Source: Minisyncoccota bacterium (GTDB taxonomy: Bacteria; Patescibacteriota; Minisyncoccia; Phycocordibacterales; Phycocordibacteraceae). From it: a stretch of DNA of 44,471 nt. The position numbers and the translations under genes were made by a program. The notes beneath the pieces were generated by a model. The model was not told where the DNA came from and searched no databases. It was given only the letters and a program-made list of their open reading frames with translations. Shown one piece after another: positions 38,739 through 44,471 of the stretch (position 1 is the first letter of the stretch; every line of letters starts with the position of its first letter). The stretch spans positions 1 to 44,471 of the forward strand of contig DATAJW010000032.1 in assembly GCA_036261925.1 (NCBI GenBank). The letters are read 5' to 3'.

Positions 38739-39773
38739 CTACCAGTTGAGCTGGCCGCCCGTCTTGTACTCGGTGACGCGGGTCTCGAAGAAATTCTTCT
38801 CCTTGTTGAGGTCGACAGCCTCGCTCATCCAGGTGAATGGGTTCTCGACGTTGTACTGCTTCGGGAGGCCCACCGACTGGAGGCGGCGGTCGGCGATGTG
38901 CTCGATGTACTGCTTGAAGCCGTCGGCGTTCATGCCGAAGATACCCTTCGGGAAGACCTCGGTCGCGAAGGTGTACTCGAGCGTCACGGCGCGCCTGATG
39001 AGGTCGATGACGTGCTGCTGGAACTCGGGCGTCCAGAGCTCGGGCTGCTCCTCCTTGATGGCATTGATGAGGTTGATGCCGAAATTGAGGTGCTGCGACT
39101 CGTCGCGCATGATGTACTGGATCTGCTCGGCGGAGCCGGTGAGCTTGTTCTGGCGCTGGAAGCCGAACATGACTGCGAACGAGGAGTAGAAGAAGATGCC
39201 CTCGAGCACGAGCGAGAAGACGACGAGGTTCTCGAGGAACTTCTGGTCGTTTTCGAAGGTTCCGGTCTTGAACTCGGGGTCGAAGATGCCCTCATTGAGC
39301 GCGAGGACCATGTTGTCCTTGTTATAGATGGCGTCCATCTCCCGGTACATATTGAAGATGCGGCTCTCGTCCATCTGGAGGCTCTCGACGATGTACTGGT
39401 ACGCGTGGGTATGGATGGCCTCCTCGTACCCTTGGCGCAGCAGGTACATGCGGCACTCGGGGCTCGTGATGTGCTTGTAGAGGGCGAGCACGACGTTATT
39501 CGCGGCGATGGAGTCGGCGGTCGTGAAGAAGCCGAGCACGGTCTCGAACGCCTTGCGCTCGTCGTCGGTGAGCGCGGTCGGGCTCTTCCACTGCTCGATA
39601 TCGCGCTGCATCGATATCTCGGTCGGGAGCCAGTGGTTTGCGTTCCCTGCCATGTACGCGTCCCAGGCGAACGTATGCCGCATCGGGTACAGCTGCATCA
39701 CGTCGGCGTCGCCGCCGTTAATGACCTTGCGCTTGTTGATATCGACTGCGGCTGCTCCTTTGTTGATGGGCAT
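38739..39773 (-). CDS. nrdB: ribonucleotide reductase class I beta subunit
   Basis: Ferritin-like di-iron ligand blocks (EEAIHTHAY; LEGIFFYSSFA; RDESQHLNF) and a C-terminal tail for alpha-subunit binding. Confidence 0.95.
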   Translation of the reverse strand: MPINKGAAAVDINKRKVINGGDADVMQLYPMRHTFAWDAYMAGNANHWLPTEISMQRDIEQWKSPTALTDDERKAFETVLGFFTTADSIAANNVVLALYKHITSPECRMYLLRQGYEEAIHTHAYQYIVESLQMDESRIFNMYREMDAIYNKDNMVLALNEGIFDPEFKTGTFENDQKFLENLVVFSLVLEGIFFYSSFAVMFGFQRQNKLTGSAEQIQYIMRDESQHLNFGINLINAIKEEQPELWTPEFQQHVIDLIRRAVTLEYTFATEVFPKGIFGMNADGFKQYIEHIADRRLQSVGLPKQYNVENPFTWMSEAVDLNKEKNFFETRVTEYKTGGQLNW

Positions 39774-39848
39774 GGTGGTGATTGGTTAGGGACTCTCGAT
39801 AATTCGGCATGGGCCGCTGGCGCATTCCTGTTCCGCCGCTTTCGCGGC

Positions 39849-42740
<2,892 letters not shown>

Positions 42741-42744
42741 AGGG

Positions 42745-42925
42745 TATCCCGTAGGTTACGCGGCACGTTTGTTAATGGAGCCTTAGCGACGGCGCCAGCA
42801 GGGTCTTCTCCCTCTCGGAACGCGCCGTGGCGCATAGTGTCCCGACTGCTTGCGGCTCTCCTGTTCTCCTATCCTACCCCTGCTTCACCCGATTCCCGGT
42901 GTGGAAAATGCAGCACGAAACGTTA
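42745..42925 (-). promoter_or_regulatory. long structured nrdAB 5' leader; weak candidate cobalamin riboswitch
   Basis: A TACAAT -10 (42937-42932, minus strand) leaves a leader of about 180 nt. The leader contains GGGAAUCGGGUGAAG (rc of 42883-42897), GGGACACU, and GAAGACCCUGC (rc of 42798-42808), which resembles the B12 box GAAGACCUGCC. The full consensus and helices were not confirmed by hand. Confidence 0.3.
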
Positions 42926-43081
42926 GGGGGAATTGTACACCTCGGGCCCTGAAAAACGGCTGAAAGCAAAGGAGATTCGGCGGTAAGAAATCTTCATGAA
43001 GCACGTCTGCTCATACAGAACTCATGAACAATCGGGAGAATGACCTGACGCGACTTATCCGCTAAACCATCATCCGAATCT

Positions 43082-43756
43082 ATGCGTATCCTCATCGTAG
43101 AAGACGAAGCGAAACTGGCCGAAGGCCTGAAGCGCGGCCTCGAATCCAAGGGCTTCGCGGTCGACTGGATCGACGACAGCGAGAAGGCGCGTACGCGCAT
43201 ACTCCTCTACCGCGACGAGTACGACCTCATCCTCCTCGACCTCATGCTTCCGGGCATCGGCGGCGCAGAGATAACGCGCGACGCGCGCGCCGAGGGCGTC
43301 ACGACCCCGATCATCATCCTCACCGCCCGCGACGAGACCGACTACAAGGTCGAGCTCCTCAATTCGGGCGCCGACGACTACCTCGCGAAGCCGTTCTCCT
43401 TCGACGAGCTCGTCGCCCGCATGAACGCGGTGCTCCGCCGCCCCGAGCAGTCGGTCGCTTCCACCCTCGCGGTCCGCGACATCGAGCTCGATACCGGCAA
43501 GCGCGCCGTCACCAAGGGCGGGAAGGCAGTATCGCTCACCCTGAAGGAGTACTCGCTGCTCGAGTTCTTCATGCGCCATCCGAACGAGGCGCTCTCGCGC
43601 GAGACCATCATGGACCATGTATGGAGCTTCGACTTCCCTGGCTTCTCGAACGTGCTTGATGTACACATGAAGAACCTTCGCAAGAAGCTCGACACCTATG
43701 CAGACGACCCCCTCTTCGAAACCGTTCGCGGCGTGGGCTACCGCCTTAACGGATAA
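43082..43756 (+). CDS. OmpR/PhoB-family response regulator
   Basis: Receiver domain (MRILIVEDE ... DLILLDLMLPG ... KPF) and a winged-helix output domain (LTLKEYSLLEFF ... VRGVGYRL). Confidence 0.95.
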   Translation: MRILIVEDEAKLAEGLKRGLESKGFAVDWIDDSEKARTRILLYRDEYDLILLDLMLPGIGGAEITRDARAEGVTTPIIILTARDETDYKVELLNSGADDYLAKPFSFDELVARMNAVLRRPEQSVASTLAVRDIELDTGKRAVTKGGKAVSLTLKEYSLLEFFMRHPNEALSRETIMDHVWSFDFPGFSNVLDVHMKNLRKKLDTYADDPLFETVRGVGYRLNG

Positions 43757-44471
43757 GTACCGGTTCAACCCGTTCGTCCGCACGACCGTCCATATCATCC
43801 TGCTGCAGACGCTTCTCGCCATCGTGATGATCGGCGTGTTCGTCTGGGGCGTCAGGTTCGCGCAGGAAAGCACGGTCGCCTCGATCACGCGCTCGATCAT
43901 GGACGCGATGAGCAGCGGCACGACCTCCATCGAGACGCTGCCCGAATCCATCGAGGAAGTCCGCCAGGATACCTACACGTTCATGCTCATCGGCGTCATC
44001 CTCCTCAACGCCCTGTTCGGCTACCTCCTGACCCGATTCGCGCTCCGCCCGACGAGGAATTCGCTCGGCTCGCAGAAGCAGTTCATCGGGAATGTCGCGC
44101 ACGAGATACGCACGCCGCTCGCCATCATGAAGACGAACACGGAAGTCGCGCTGTTCGACCCGAACCTCGCTCCTGCGGTGAAGCAGACGTTCGAGGATAC
44201 GCTGGTCGAGCTCGACCGCGTCTCGGAGATAATCAATAACCTGCTCACCTTCGATACGCTCACGCGCCCGCGACGCATGCAGTTCGAGCCGGTCGACCTG
44301 GCAGCGGTTGCCGAGACGATACGGGCCCGCCACGAGGCGCTCGCCCGCGAGCGCGGCATCGCGCTTAGGACGGACATCTCCGGGGAGAGCATGATCGACG
44401 GCAATGCGACGGCGCTCGAGCAGGTCGTCACCAATCTCGTGAAGAACGCGCTGAATTACACGCCACAGCAC
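43698..44471 (+). CDS. sensor histidine kinase, 5' part (runs off window end)
   Basis: Hand translation of the plus frame gives two TM helices, then the H-box FIGNVAHEIRTPLAIM and the N-box VVTNLVKNALNYT. It is absent from the ORF track because there is no stop in the window. The only in-frame ATG upstream of TM1 is at 43698, overlapping the regulator gene by 59 nt. Confidence 0.85.
   Translation, partial: MQTTPSSKPFAAWATALTDKYRFNPFVRTTVHIILLQTLLAIVMIGVFVWGVRFAQESTVASITRSIMDAMSSGTTSIETLPESIEEVRQDTYTFMLIGVILLNALFGYLLTRFALRPTRNSLGSQKQFIGNVAHEIRTPLAIMKTNTEVALFDPNLAPAVKQTFEDTLVELDRVSEIINNLLTFDTLTRPRRMQFEPVDLAAVAETIRARHEALARERGIALRTDISGESMIDGNATALEQVVTNLVKNALNYTPQH

Noticed and set aside
42741-42940. 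NrdR boxes upstream of nrdA.
   Set aside because: I looked for tandem 16-bp palindromes of the ACACwAtATaTwGTGT type. Only half-site-like fragments (ACACTATG, TGTACAAT) are present, without palindromic partners or the ~31-bp tandem spacing.
43746-44471. 241-aa minus-strand ORF at the window end.
   Set aside because: The plus strand in this interval encodes a histidine kinase with clear H-box and N-box motifs. The minus-strand frame is its shadow.

Overview
GC-rich (about two-thirds G+C by eye), tightly packed bacterial chromosome segment that is mostly housekeeping. Many long ORFs in the track are shadow frames on the strand opposite real genes. I can support the following gene content. Minus strand: rplU (partial), rmuC, an MFS transporter, tRNA-Glu, the division cluster mraZ-rsmH-ftsL-ftsI, greA, and a long operon holB-frr-rseP / proS-mreB-mreC-mreD-mrdA. 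Plus strand: radC, yqeY and truB. Further along: a second mreB paralog divergent from murA, def-fmt, hpf, a glutaredoxin, a DUF1653-like gene, and a tRNA-Asn split by a 322-nt group I intron. After that come a GT4 glycosyltransferase, an E/R/A-rich coiled-coil protein, a SAM methyltransferase, a SET-domain protein and wall hydrolases (VanY/M15B, GH18, 3D-domain). The window ends with a tandem VOC/PhnB-like protein, nrdAB, and an OmpR-type response regulator with a partial histidine kinase that is missing from the ORF track. Gene content (ProRS without the insertion domain, a 238-aa HolB, compact operons, many orphan small proteins) suggests a reduced-genome lineage, possibly Patescibacteria/CPR-like. 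That placement is inference only. I did not recognise any multi-gene defence, secretion or biosynthetic system. The signals most worth a second look are RNA-level or cis-acting: (1) the intron-split tRNA-Asn; (2) a perfect 23-bp inverted repeat that buries the ftsI start codon; (3) a promoter-to-terminator structured RNA in front of def-fmt; (4) a ~180-nt nrdAB leader with cobalamin-riboswitch-like islands; (5) a duplicated tRNA-Glu 3' end with nested hairpins; (6) helically phased GTGGG boxes upstream of mraZ; (7) a recurring leaderless promoter-to-ATG arrangement; (8) heptanucleotide tandem repeats inside holB. Protein-level items are an outer-membrane-barrel-like secreted protein, the SET-domain protein, and an AT-rich island.
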